Shown: piece after piece, positions 9,132 through 18,859 of the stretch
Position numbering within the stretch: position 1 is the stretch's first letter
Layout: each line of letters opens with the position of its first letter
Notes under the pieces: generated by a model
The model's database searches: none
The model's input: the letters and a program-made list of their open reading frames with translations, nothing else
Told to the model about the DNA's origin: nothing
Translations under genes and position numbers: made by a program
From: a virus
Taxonomy: Duplodnaviria > Caudoviricetes
Strand: one strand, 5' to 3'
DNA length: 31,423 nucleotides
Virus record (IMG/VR): IMGVR_UViG_3300049141_000034
Location: 1-31,423 of that record

Positions 9132-9719
9132 ATGGTCAACATCACCCGCGCCGCGGACCTGCTGGAGGTCGGCGCCAACGGCGGCGGATGGGTCGCCCCG
9201 ATCGGCACCGCCTCGCCCGGGGACCCGGAAGTCCAGCCGCTCTCACCGTGGCTGCCCCTCGGCGCCATCTCCGACGACGGCCTCGTCCAGGGATTCGAGG
9301 AGGACACCCAGTCCTTCACTCCGTGGGGCTACACCGCACCGATCCGCACCACCATCACGTCGTCGCTGCGCACGTTCGGCCTGACGGCCTGGGAGACGGG
9401 CCGCACCACGGTGCAGTCCCTGCAGTACCGCGTCGACGCCGCTGAACTCGCCCCCGCGGGCGGATTGACGAGCTTCGCCGAGACGGCCAGCCCGGTCCCG
9501 GACCGGCGCGCGTTCTGGTTCGTCGTCCTCGACGGCGACAACTTCCAGCGCGGCTTTTATGTGCCCGAAGGCGAGATCACCGAGCGCTCGGACGTCACGC
9601 ACAAGCAGGACGAGGTTGCGGGCTTCGAGTGGACGATCACCGCCTACCCGGACGCCGCCGGCAACACCGTCTACCACTTCGACCGCGTCCCGGCCACCGC
9701 CGCGTACACGGGGTCCTGA
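9132..9719 (+). CDS. Major tail (tube) protein
   Basis: APIGTA.P, LGAISDDG and WTITAYPD motifs; ends TGS. Confidence 0.9.
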   Translation: MVNITRAADLLEVGANGGGWVAPIGTASPGDPEVQPLSPWLPLGAISDDGLVQGFEEDTQSFTPWGYTAPIRTTITSSLRTFGLTAWETGRTTVQSLQYRVDAAELAPAGGLTSFAETASPVPDRRAFWFVVLDGDNFQRGFYVPEGEITERSDVTHKQDEVAGFEWTITAYPDAAGNTVYHFDRVPATAAYTGS

Positions 9720-9722
9720 GCT

Positions 9723-9770
9723 GGTGGGCGGGCCGCGATAGCCAGCCGGCGCGGGCCCGGCCCGCCCACC
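9723..9770 (+). terminator. 13-bp stem-loop after major tail gene (terminator/attenuator)
   Basis: GGTGGGCGGGCCG (9723-9735) and CGGCCCGCCCACC (9758-9770) are perfect reverse complements; 22-nt loop. Confidence 0.65.
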
Positions 9771-9810
9771 TTCACCCTGCCCGCGCCACAGAAAAAAGGA
9801 GGCCCGCGCC

Positions 9811-10200
9811 ATGGCCGCAAACCCCCGTACCGCCGCCCGCAAGGCGACGGCACGCACCCAGTCCCGCCGCACCGTCGAAGAGCCAGATGTTACGCCGGCA
9901 GAGGCCCAGGAGATCGAGGCCGAAGGGCACTACGTCACCGCGAACCTCGCCGGTGAGGACATCCAGATCATCCCCCCGGCGGCGTGGCGGACGTCGTGGC
10001 AGCGCATGCTCAACGAGGGCAATCTCGACGGGTTCGCCCAGAAGATCTTCCACCCCGACGACTACGAGCTGTACCTCGAGCTGGATCCCACCATCTTCGA
10101 GTTCATGACGTTCGTGGAAGACGCGGCCACCCGTTCCGGTGAGAGCCTGGGGAAATCCGATGGACCCGGTCCGTCGTCGAGGCGCACCCGGAGGCGGTAG
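9811..10200 (+). CDS. Tail assembly chaperone (G)
   Basis: AAGGAGG RBS; between major tail and tape measure; slippery GGGGAAA at 10149-10155. Confidence 0.85.
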   Translation: MAANPRTAARKATARTQSRRTVEEPDVTPAEAQEIEAEGHYVTANLAGEDIQIIPPAAWRTSWQRMLNEGNLDGFAQKIFHPDDYELYLELDPTIFEFMTFVEDAATRSGESLGKSDGPGPSSRRTRRR

Positions 10201-10607
10201 AGGCCGACCTGTGGCGCTACTACCAGCGCGACATCAGGGATGTGCACTGCGGGCGGATGACGTGGCGGCAACTGCGAGTACTGATCCAGCACCTGCCGCC
10301 CGAGTCGGCCACGTGGACGGCCCTGCGTAACGCGCTCAGCCCCGAGGAGATCGCCGAACAGGCGGAGCGCGGCGAGCCGGAGAGCGGCCAGTGGTCCCAG
10401 CTGGAGCAGCTCGTGGCCATGGTGGCGGACCGGGTGGCCCGCCTGGAGTGGGTGCTCTGGGTGGTGAACATCGAGCACAAGTCGAAGCGCCCCGACCCGC
10501 CTGAGCCGATCCGGCGACCGGGAGGCAAACCAGCGAAGAGAAAGGCGCGCCTGACCGAAGGCAGCGCCGACCGCCTGTTCCAACTGCTCAACGGGGGCGC
10601 CGCATAG
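10149..10607 (+). CDS. Tail assembly chaperone GT extension reached by -1 frameshift
   Basis: The -1 frame is open from 10143 to 10607 and reads EAVEADLWRYY...MTWRQLRVLIQHLPPESAT; TGA at 10140-10142 bounds the shift window. Confidence 0.82.
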   Translation, partial: GEIRWTRSVVEAHPEAVEADLWRYYQRDIRDVHCGRMTWRQLRVLIQHLPPESATWTALRNALSPEEIAEQAERGEPESGQWSQLEQLVAMVADRVARLEWVLWVVNIEHKSKRPDPPEPIRRPGGKPAKRKARLTEGSADRLFQLLNGGAA

Positions 10608-10626
10608 CGCGATGGAGGGAGGCTCC

Positions 10627-13600
10627 GTGGCCGCGATCAGCGTCGGATCCGTAGAGGTCGACGTCGTCCCGAACGCCCGCAACATCCGCCAGCGGCTGCA
10701 GCAGCAGATCATGCCTGCCGCGGACTCTGTGGGTGACGAGCTGGGCCGCGTCCTCGGCCGCTACGTCAGCCGGCACCTGGCCTCCGCGGTGGTCCAGGGC
10801 GTCACGAACGGAGGCCGGCAGGCTCAGGCGCCCGCCGCACGGCAGGGCCAGGCCACGGGCAGTACGTTCGCCCGCTCGTTCAAGAGCCGGCTCGAGGCTG
10901 CGATGGCGAGCCTGCCGGAGATCCGTCTCCGCGCAGACTCATCGGAGGCCGAGCGGGAGCTCTACCAGATCCGGGCGCAGATGCAGGCGCTGCGCGACGC
11001 CCGTATCGGCATCGACGTGTCGACGGAGACGGCGACGGCGGCGATGGCGCAGCTGCAGGCGCGTTTGGATCGCCTGTCGGCATCGGATGCGGATGTCGCG
11101 GTGCGGGTGGATGCAGCTGCGGCGTCGGCGCAACTGGCCGCGTTCAACGCCCAGGTGAACCAGTTGGACGGTCGGACCGCGGATGTGGACGTCGACGTCG
11201 ACACCCGTCCGGCCATCGCCGGGTTCTCAGCGCTGACGACGGCCGCCCTTGCGTTCGGTCCGGCGATCCTCCCCGTCCTGCCGGTCGTTGCGGCCGGCCT
11301 GGGTGCGATTGCTGCGGCGGGCGTGGCTGCGGGTGCCGGGCTGGGCGCGATCGGTCTGGTGGCGATTCCCGCGTTCAAGGGGATCGCGTCGACGCTGCAG
11401 GCGCAGAAGGCAGCCCAGGATTCGGCGACGAACGCGACGCTGCAGGGCGGCCAGGCCGCTTCGCAGGCGGCGTCGCGGGCGCTGCAGATGGAGTCGGCGC
11501 AGCAGGCGCTGGCGACGGCGCAGCGTAATGGCGCTCGACAGATCGCGCAGGCGCAGGCGCAGGTGACGCAGGCCCGTCGCGCGGCGGCGGACGCGGCTGT
11601 TCAGGCAGCTCAGCGCAACGCCGAGGCGGCCCGCAGGGTGGTCGACGCCGAGGAGTCCCTCGGGGACGCCCAGCGGGAGGCTCGGCGCGCCCAGGAAGAC
11701 CTGACGGCCGCCCGCCGCACGGCGGCGCAGGAGCTTCAGGATCTCAACTCCCGGCTGGCGAACGCGGCACTGTCGCAGCGGGACGCTGAGATCGCGCTGA
11801 AGGAGGCCACGCTCGAGCGCGACAAGGTGCTGAACAACGCCAATGCGACCGAGCTCGACAAGCAGAAGGCGCTGCTCCAGTACGACCAGGCTGTCCAGCG
11901 GTTGAAGGATCAGACGACCGAGACGGGCCGCCTGAAGAAGGAGACGGCCGCCGCGAACAAGGCGGGCATCGAGGGCACCGACACCTACAAGAACGCCCAG
12001 GAGCGTCTGGCTGAGGCGCAGCGCACTGTCGTCGATCGGCAGGAGGCGGTCCGGGACGCTCAGGTTCAGGCTGCCCGCACGCAGATGGAGACGGCCCGGC
12101 AGGTCGCGGATGCGCAGCAGCGTGTCAGCGAGGCGACCGCGAACGTGGCTGTGGCGCAGCAGAGCGCCGCGGAGTCGGTGGCGAGCGCCCAGCGACAGAT
12201 CCAGTCGGCGTCGCTGTCGGTAGCCGGAGGGGTGGACCAGGCAGCGATCGCGCAGGCCAAGTACCAGGCGGAGCTGGCGAAGCTCACTCCGGCCGCCCGG
12301 GCGACGATGACCGCGTACACGAACCTGCGGAGCGCGTTCGGTGCTTGGTCGCGGTCGCTGCAGCCGCAGGTGATGCCCATCTTCACCCGCGCCCTGGACG
12401 GCATGCGGCGGGCTCTGCCCGGCCTCACCCCGTTCGTGCTGAACGCGGCGGACGCCATCAGCGACCTGCAGGACCGGGCCTCGCAAGGGTTCAAGAAGCC
12501 GTGGTGGCAGGAGTTCAAGAAGGATTTGCAGGGCAGCGTCAAGCCTGCTCTCACGGGCCTGGGAGTGGCATTCGGCAACACCTTCAAGGGGATCGTGGGT
12601 GTTATCGGCGCGTTCCTGCCGCACATGGACGACATCAGCAGCCGCCTGCAGGGGGTCACAAAGCGGTTCGCCGACTGGGGCACGAGCCTGAAGGGATCGG
12701 CCGGCTTCGAGCGATTCCTGTCCTACGCCGCCGAGATGGCGCCCAGGGTGTGGGAGACGCTGAAGAAGGTGGCCGGTGCTGCCCTCGACATCGCCAAGGC
12801 CCTCGCCCCCGTGTCGGCGGTCGTGATGAAGGTGCTGGGGGCGGTCGCCGAGGGCATCGGGTTTGTCGCACAGAAGGCGCCCTGGCTGATCAAGGCCATC
12901 TGGGGCGTGATCGTCGTCTGGGGTGTCCTGAACGCGGTGATGAGCGCGAACCCGTTCGTCCTGATCGTCATCGGGGTGGCAGCTCTGGTCGCGGCGCTGG
13001 TGTACGCCTACTACAAGTTCGACTGGTTCCGAACGATCGTGCAGGCCATCGGCGACATCTTCGTCTGGCTGTGGCAGAAGATCATCAAGCCGTATGTCCA
13101 GTTCATGATCGCCTACTGGAAGATGGTCGGCCAGGTCGCGATGTGGCTGTGGCGAGAGGCGATCCGCCCTGCCATCAACCTCATCATCGGCGGCTTCAAG
13201 CTGTGGTGGGCCGCAGTGAAGCTGTACTTCAAGCTGGTCGGTGAAGCCATCGGCATCCTGGGCCGGTCGTTCACATTCCTGTGGACCGGCATCAAGGACG
13301 GCTTCCGTACCGGCTGGGACTGGGTGAAGCGATGGGTGCTCAACCCGATCGGCACCTTTTTTACGAAGACGATCCCCGGCTGGGCGACCACCTTCAAGGA
13401 CAAGGTCGTCGGAGCCTTCGATCTCGCCCGTGCGGGCATCAAGACCGCCTGGGACAAGATCAAGGGCATCGCCCGTCAGCCTGTCCAGTTCATAGTCGAC
13501 ACCGTCTACAACAAAGGCATCGTCGGCGTCTGGAACAAGGTCGCTTCGGCCTTCGGGGCGCCCAAGCTGAGCACCTACAAGTTCGCCTCCGGTGGCGTCA

Positions 13601-14781
13601 TGCCGGGCTACACGCCCGGCAAGGATGTGCACCGCTTCGTCTCGCCGACCGGCGGCCGGCTGGAGCTCAGCGGCGGCGAGGCCATCATGCGGCCGGAGTT
13701 CACCCGCGCCGTCGGCTCCGGGTTCGTGAACACCATGAACACGATCGCCAAGTCGCGGGGTGCACAGGGCATCAAGGCGGCTCTGGCACCGGCGCTCGGT
13801 GGCAACCCCATCACGGGCACGGACCGTTCGCTGCGGTACGCCAACGGCGGCGTCGTTCAGCGCTTCGCTGACGGCGGCATCTTCGGCTGGATCAAGTCTG
13901 CGGCGTCGGCGGCTGTGGGTGCCGGTTCAGCAGCCTGGAACAAGATCAAGGAGGGTGCGGGCTGGCTCAAGGACACCATCGAGGCGTCCGCCCGGGCCGG
14001 CGTGACGAACGTCGTCAACCCACTGCTGAAGAACTTCCCAGGCATGGACACCGGCTTCGGCAAGATGCTCCGCAGGATCCCTGATCGACTCATCGACGCG
14101 CTATTCAACTACGGCAAGGAAGCCGACAAGCGCGGAGGCGGCGGCATCGGCGGCCCGAAGATCCAGGCGGCGCTGCGCTGGGCGAAAACCCAGAACGGCC
14201 TGCCGTATCAGTGGGGCGGCAACGGCAGCCCCAGCTGGGACTGCAGCGGCTTCATGAGCGCCATCGAGTCCGTGATCCGCGGGCAGAAGCCGCACCGGCG
14301 CTGGAGCACGCACGCGTTCAACGGAGGGACGCCACCGGGCTGGGTGAAGAACGGAGCCTCCGCGTTCCGGGTCGGCATTACCCATGCCGGCGTCGGCCAC
14401 ACGGCGGGCACCCTCGGCAAGACCAAGGTGGAGTCGAGGGGCGGCGACGGCGTCGTCGTCGGCAGCCGCGCGCGCGGCTACAACGACAAGCTGTTCAGCT
14501 CCTGGTACGGCTTCATGCCGGGCAAGTACGACTCCGGCGGCTACATCCCGCCTGGGCTGAACCTCGTCTACAACGGCACCGGCCGACCGGAGCCCGTGTT
14601 CACGACCAGGCAAGCCAGCGCCCTAACGTCGCTGGCAGCGCGCGGCCCATCGGGGCCGATGAGCTTCGAGGGCGACCTCAGGCTCGACAGCGGCGAGTTC
14701 CTCGGCAAGGTCCGAGGTGAGGCAACCGCCGTCATGCAGCAAGGCCAGCGGGAACTCATGGCCGTCATCGACGCGAGCTGA
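10627..14781 (+). CDS. Tape measure protein with C-terminal NlpC/P60-like domain (GTG start at 10627 likely; ORF open from 10612)
   Basis: ~1385 aa Ala/Gln coiled coil, hydrophobic segments and Trp-periodic region; PYQWGG..SWDCSGF...GHT near the C-terminus. Confidence 0.93.
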   Translation: MAAISVGSVEVDVVPNARNIRQRLQQQIMPAADSVGDELGRVLGRYVSRHLASAVVQGVTNGGRQAQAPAARQGQATGSTFARSFKSRLEAAMASLPEIRLRADSSEAERELYQIRAQMQALRDARIGIDVSTETATAAMAQLQARLDRLSASDADVAVRVDAAAASAQLAAFNAQVNQLDGRTADVDVDVDTRPAIAGFSALTTAALAFGPAILPVLPVVAAGLGAIAAAGVAAGAGLGAIGLVAIPAFKGIASTLQAQKAAQDSATNATLQGGQAASQAASRALQMESAQQALATAQRNGARQIAQAQAQVTQARRAAADAAVQAAQRNAEAARRVVDAEESLGDAQREARRAQEDLTAARRTAAQELQDLNSRLANAALSQRDAEIALKEATLERDKVLNNANATELDKQKALLQYDQAVQRLKDQTTETGRLKKETAAANKAGIEGTDTYKNAQERLAEAQRTVVDRQEAVRDAQVQAARTQMETARQVADAQQRVSEATANVAVAQQSAAESVASAQRQIQSASLSVAGGVDQAAIAQAKYQAELAKLTPAARATMTAYTNLRSAFGAWSRSLQPQVMPIFTRALDGMRRALPGLTPFVLNAADAISDLQDRASQGFKKPWWQEFKKDLQGSVKPALTGLGVAFGNTFKGIVGVIGAFLPHMDDISSRLQGVTKRFADWGTSLKGSAGFERFLSYAAEMAPRVWETLKKVAGAALDIAKALAPVSAVVMKVLGAVAEGIGFVAQKAPWLIKAIWGVIVVWGVLNAVMSANPFVLIVIGVAALVAALVYAYYKFDWFRTIVQAIGDIFVWLWQKIIKPYVQFMIAYWKMVGQVAMWLWREAIRPAINLIIGGFKLWWAAVKLYFKLVGEAIGILGRSFTFLWTGIKDGFRTGWDWVKRWVLNPIGTFFTKTIPGWATTFKDKVVGAFDLARAGIKTAWDKIKGIARQPVQFIVDTVYNKGIVGVWNKVASAFGAPKLSTYKFASGGVMPGYTPGKDVHRFVSPTGGRLELSGGEAIMRPEFTRAVGSGFVNTMNTIAKSRGAQGIKAALAPALGGNPITGTDRSLRYANGGVVQRFADGGIFGWIKSAASAAVGAGSAAWNKIKEGAGWLKDTIEASARAGVTNVVNPLLKNFPGMDTGFGKMLRRIPDRLIDALFNYGKEADKRGGGGIGGPKIQAALRWAKTQNGLPYQWGGNGSPSWDCSGFMSAIESVIRGQKPHRRWSTHAFNGGTPPGWVKNGASAFRVGITHAGVGHTAGTLGKTKVESRGGDGVVVGSRARGYNDKLFSSWYGFMPGKYDSGGYIPPGLNLVYNGTGRPEPVFTTRQASALTSLAARGPSGPMSFEGDLRLDSGEFLGKVRGEATAVMQQGQRELMAVIDAS

Positions 14782-14792
14782 GGAGGTGCCTC

Positions 14793-17030
14793 TTGGCGAT
14801 CCCGGGGAACTTCCTCAGCTCGGCGACGGAGAGCATGGATCCGTCGATTTCCGGCTGGACGGCCAAGCTGAACTGCACGCTGTCGAAGGGCGGCGGTGGC
14901 CGGTCCGGCGACGGCTGTCTGACGTTGACGTCGGTGGCGGCGGGGGAGATGCAGGCCCGCACGGTCTCCTCGTACCCGGTGACGGCCGGGACGCTGTACG
15001 AGGCGTTCGCGGACGCGTCTGGGGCGACGGTGCCGGAGCGGATCGGCATCCGCTGGCTGTCGTCGACGGGCACCGAGGTGTCCGTCACGTGGTCGCTGAC
15101 GACGTCGGCGGCTTCGGCGTCGTGGCACCGGATCGCTGTGGCGGGCACCTGCCCGGCGGGGGCGACGCAGGCGCAGGTGCTGCTGTCGTCGATGACCCCG
15201 GGCGCGGGGGGCGTCAACTCGTTCTTCGAGAACGTCTACCTCGGGCCGCCCTTCAGGACGACCGGCAACATGTTCGACTTCAACACGGAGTCGATGGAGG
15301 TCGACGCGTCGGGCTGGACTGCCGACGTCAACTGCACGCTGGCCCGGCAGGTTCCGGCGATCACATGGTCGGTGGGCTGGTACTACGCGGGCGGCCACAC
15401 GATGGCGATGACCGTCACCGCATCCGGCAACGCCTCCATGCGGACGGTGGCCAGACCCTCTGTCACACCGGGCACCGAGTACCTGGCGTACATCTACCTC
15501 AACCCGCCCACGTCTGGCTCTACGGCGTGGATCGAGCTGCGCTTCTACGACGTGTCCAACGCGCAGATACAGGCGACCAGATCAACGCTGGCCGCCCCAG
15601 GGACTGGCTTCTACCGGCAGATCGTGACCGCGACTGCGCCTGCGGGGGCGGTCACCTGCGGTGTGTCAGTGGGTCTGGACAGTGCCACCGCCGGTCAGGT
15701 GCTGCGGGTGGATACGGCACTGGTGCGGGTGGCCCCGCAGCTGATCTCCGGAACGGTGCTGCCGTACACGGCGGGCTCGTTCGAGCAGGACACTGGCAGC
15801 TGGACGGTCCCGTCTGGTGTTGCCACCGTGGCCCGCTCGTCGCCGTGGGGGACCGCAGCCTATGTGGGCTCGTACAGCCTGGCGGTGTCGTCGTCGACGG
15901 CGACGTCGTCGACGCTGCGCTCGCCCATCACCAGCCTGCCTGCCGGTGCGGCCGGTCAGAACTGGCGTGGCTTCATCGTGGCCAAGCTGAACACTGGCTC
16001 GTACACGTCGCTGACGGTTCGGATCCGCTGGTACGACGCCTCCAACGTCGACCTGGGCGTGTCTACGGGCACCGCCTACACGGTGTCCGCCGGGTCGTGG
16101 GGCGCGATGCAGACCGATGCGGTGGCCCCGGCGAACGCGGCGAAAGCTGCCGTGGAGGTCGTTGCTTTGGCGTCCGCCGTGTCGTCGAGTTTCTGGATGG
16201 ACGCGGCCGGGCTGTGGCAGGCGCTGCCGCTGACGGATGTGGCCGAGCACGACGACGACGGCTACATCACGCTGACGCTGCGAGAGCTGACCGCAGGCCA
16301 GCTGATCACCGTGTACCGGGTGACGCCGGATGGCACCCGCACGCTGGTGCGCGGCGCGAATGGGCTGATCGACGAGGACACGATCGAGTCCGATCTCCTC
16401 GTCATCGAGGACCATGAGGCGCCGCTGGAGGTACCTGTCTGGTACCGGATCGAGCTGCGCACCTCTGCCGGGGCGACCCCGTCGACGCGGTCGTCGGCGA
16501 CGGTGACCCTCGACCTGGACGACGTCAACGAGGCCTGGCTGAAGGACCCGGGCTACCCGACCAGGAACACGCTGGTGATGGTGGCGCGGGCGCCGGACTG
16601 GCAACGCCCCATCGAGCAGGCCGCCTATGTGGTCCGCGGCCGACGCAACAAGGTGACCTTGTCCGGGGTGCGGCAGGGCCTTGAGGGTGAGCTGACCATC
16701 TACACGCGCTCCGACCAGGAGCGGGCCGATCTGCACACCCTGCTCAACTCCGGGAACGTCCTGCTGTGGCAGGCCGCGCCGGGCATGGGTGTGGACGACA
16801 TGTACGTCACCGTCGGGCAGATCACCGAGGCACGTGTGGGCGCGCTCGCCCAGGAGGAGTGGCGGCTGTGGACGCTGCCTCTCACCCAGGCGGACATGCC
16901 CGTCACGACCGGCGTGAACGGGGCGGCAGGCCGCACCTGGCAGGACGTGCTCGCTGAGTTCTCCACCTGGCAGGCAGTCCTCGACGCCTACGCCACCTGG
17001 GAGGACGTGTTCCTCAACCGGCGGAAGTGA
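14793..17030 (+). CDS. Minor tail protein, probably distal-tail-type with three carbohydrate-binding-like repeats
   Basis: TTG start after GAGGAGG; repeats GNFLSSATESMDPSISGWT, GNMFDFNTESMEVDASGWT and GTVLPYTAGSFEQDTGSWT; first gene after tape measure. Confidence 0.75.
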   Translation: MAIPGNFLSSATESMDPSISGWTAKLNCTLSKGGGGRSGDGCLTLTSVAAGEMQARTVSSYPVTAGTLYEAFADASGATVPERIGIRWLSSTGTEVSVTWSLTTSAASASWHRIAVAGTCPAGATQAQVLLSSMTPGAGGVNSFFENVYLGPPFRTTGNMFDFNTESMEVDASGWTADVNCTLARQVPAITWSVGWYYAGGHTMAMTVTASGNASMRTVARPSVTPGTEYLAYIYLNPPTSGSTAWIELRFYDVSNAQIQATRSTLAAPGTGFYRQIVTATAPAGAVTCGVSVGLDSATAGQVLRVDTALVRVAPQLISGTVLPYTAGSFEQDTGSWTVPSGVATVARSSPWGTAAYVGSYSLAVSSSTATSSTLRSPITSLPAGAAGQNWRGFIVAKLNTGSYTSLTVRIRWYDASNVDLGVSTGTAYTVSAGSWGAMQTDAVAPANAAKAAVEVVALASAVSSSFWMDAAGLWQALPLTDVAEHDDDGYITLTLRELTAGQLITVYRVTPDGTRTLVRGANGLIDEDTIESDLLVIEDHEAPLEVPVWYRIELRTSAGATPSTRSSATVTLDLDDVNEAWLKDPGYPTRNTLVMVARAPDWQRPIEQAAYVVRGRRNKVTLSGVRQGLEGELTIYTRSDQERADLHTLLNSGNVLLWQAAPGMGVDDMYVTVGQITEARVGALAQEEWRLWTLPLTQADMPVTTGVNGAAGRTWQDVLAEFSTWQAVLDAYATWEDVFLNRRK

Positions 17031-17036
17031 GGCGCG

Positions 17037-18128
17037 ATGTATCCCGTCTCCGACCGGTTCCTGAAGCACATCACCGAGTCCCATACGGTCGTCACGCAGG
17101 TGCAGTTGTTCCTGACGGACGGCAGCGTCGTCGACCTGCCGCACGAGGGCGGGTCGGTGACGGTGGACCGCGGGCAGGCCATCCGCCGCACCTGCTCCGT
17201 GACGGTCGCCGACCCGTCGCTGATCCCGCGCACGCCGACGGACCAACTCGCCGTGTACGGCGCGCAGCTGCGGATCAGCCGCGGCGTCGACTACGGCGAC
17301 GGCACACAAGAGCTCGTGCCGCTCGGCCTGTTCCGGCTCGACAGCGTCGAGGGCGACGTCAACGAAGGCCCCGTCACGCTGCAGGGCAAAGACCTGGCGG
17401 CGGTCATTCAGGACGACAAGCTCACCGCGGCGTTCAGCGTGACGGGCACCGTCGTCAGCGCCGTCACTTCGCTGATCCAACGCAGCCTGCCGTCCGTCGG
17501 GATCGTCTCCACCATCAGTGACGCCGCGATCGGGCGGCGCACCTTCGCGGTGGAGGCGGACCCATGGGCCGGCTGCCAGGAGATCGCCGCAGTCGCAGGC
17601 GCCGAGGTGTACTTCAGTGCTGACGGTACGCCGACGATCGCTGTCCTGCCCGACCTGCTGACGACACCCCCGGTGTGGGAGATCGCGGCGGGGGAGGGCG
17701 GCGCCTACATCCGAGCCACCCGCGGCATGACCTCCGACCGCGTCTGCAACGGCGTGCTGGCAAGGGGGGAGAACACCAGCGACAACGTGGCCCCGGTCTC
17801 CGCGCTGGTGGTGGACACGGACACATCGAGCCCCACCTACTGGGCCGGCCCCTACGGGCGCCGGCCCATGTACTACAGCTCGCCGACGCTCACCACGGTG
17901 GCCGCCTGCACGAACGCGGCCACGCTCAAGCTCGCGCAGGCGAAGGCCCCGAACGCGAGCGGAGACATCTCCAGCCTGCCCAACCCGGCGCTCGAGCCGG
18001 GAGATGTGATCCGGATCGTCCACCCGGACGGCAGCCGTGAACTCCAGCAGGTCGCCAGCCTCAGCGTGCCGCTCAGTGAGGGCGGCGACTTCCCCATCAC
18101 GACGATCTCGGCGAAGGAGGACGCGTGA
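17037..18128 (+). CDS. Minor tail / baseplate hub protein (DUF5047-like)
   Basis: MYPVSDRF, GSVTVDR..IRRTC, VPLGLFR and PNPALEPGD motifs. Confidence 0.75.
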   Translation: MYPVSDRFLKHITESHTVVTQVQLFLTDGSVVDLPHEGGSVTVDRGQAIRRTCSVTVADPSLIPRTPTDQLAVYGAQLRISRGVDYGDGTQELVPLGLFRLDSVEGDVNEGPVTLQGKDLAAVIQDDKLTAAFSVTGTVVSAVTSLIQRSLPSVGIVSTISDAAIGRRTFAVEADPWAGCQEIAAVAGAEVYFSADGTPTIAVLPDLLTTPPVWEIAAGEGGAYIRATRGMTSDRVCNGVLARGENTSDNVAPVSALVVDTDTSSPTYWAGPYGRRPMYYSSPTLTTVAACTNAATLKLAQAKAPNASGDISSLPNPALEPGDVIRIVHPDGSRELQQVASLSVPLSEGGDFPITTISAKEDA

Positions 18129-18859
18129 CGAAGTCCTCCCTCGGCACCCACCGCGACCTCGCCTGGGCGCTCAAGCAGCAGGCCCGCCGCACGGGGGAGC
18201 GGACACCGTCGGTGCGCGGCTCCGACTGGCAGATGGCCACCGTCACCACCGTCAACGCGGACGGCACCGTCGACACTGCGGACATCCCCGCCATCCGCTG
18301 CATGGAGACCTACCTGCAGCCCACCGTCGGGGACCTCATCTACATCACCCAGGAGAGCAGCGGAAACTGGGCGGCCTGGGGGCGGCCGAGTACCGGCGGG
18401 TTCGCGCTCGGCAGCACCGTGGTAGTCCGCAAGACGGCCAACACGAGCAGGGCGTCGACGACGTCGATTGCCGCGGACCCGCACCTCAGCATCAACGTGG
18501 TGGCGGGCACCTACCAGGTCCAAGCGCTCATCCTCTACGACGCCGACACCACCGGCGACCTCAAGCTCGGCTGGTTCGCCCCGGCGAGCACGACGGGCGC
18601 CTGGTGGCCTGGCGGCAGCGACGCCTCGAACACCACCTTCGCGGCCACCGCACGCTGGGGTGCTCTCGCCGATTTCAGCGTGTCCACGCTGCCCGTCGCG
18701 GGTGTCGGCGCCGGGAACGTCGTGGCCTGCATTCCGACGGGCACCGCGATCGTCACCGGTACCGGTCAGATCTCGCTCGCCTGGGCGCAGAACAACATCT
18801 CCGCCACGGCCACCGTCGTGCGCACCAACTCGTGGCTCCAGCTCAGGAGGATCGCCTGA
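18125..18859 (+). CDS. Minor tail protein
   Basis: N-terminal OB-like ATVTTVNADGTV..YLQPTVGD; beta-rich C-terminus; GTGA overlap with upstream gene. Confidence 0.65.
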   Translation: MTKSSLGTHRDLAWALKQQARRTGERTPSVRGSDWQMATVTTVNADGTVDTADIPAIRCMETYLQPTVGDLIYITQESSGNWAAWGRPSTGGFALGSTVVVRKTANTSRASTTSIAADPHLSINVVAGTYQVQALILYDADTTGDLKLGWFAPASTTGAWWPGGSDASNTTFAATARWGALADFSVSTLPVAGVGAGNVVACIPTGTAIVTGTGQISLAWAQNNISATATVVRTNSWLQLRRIA

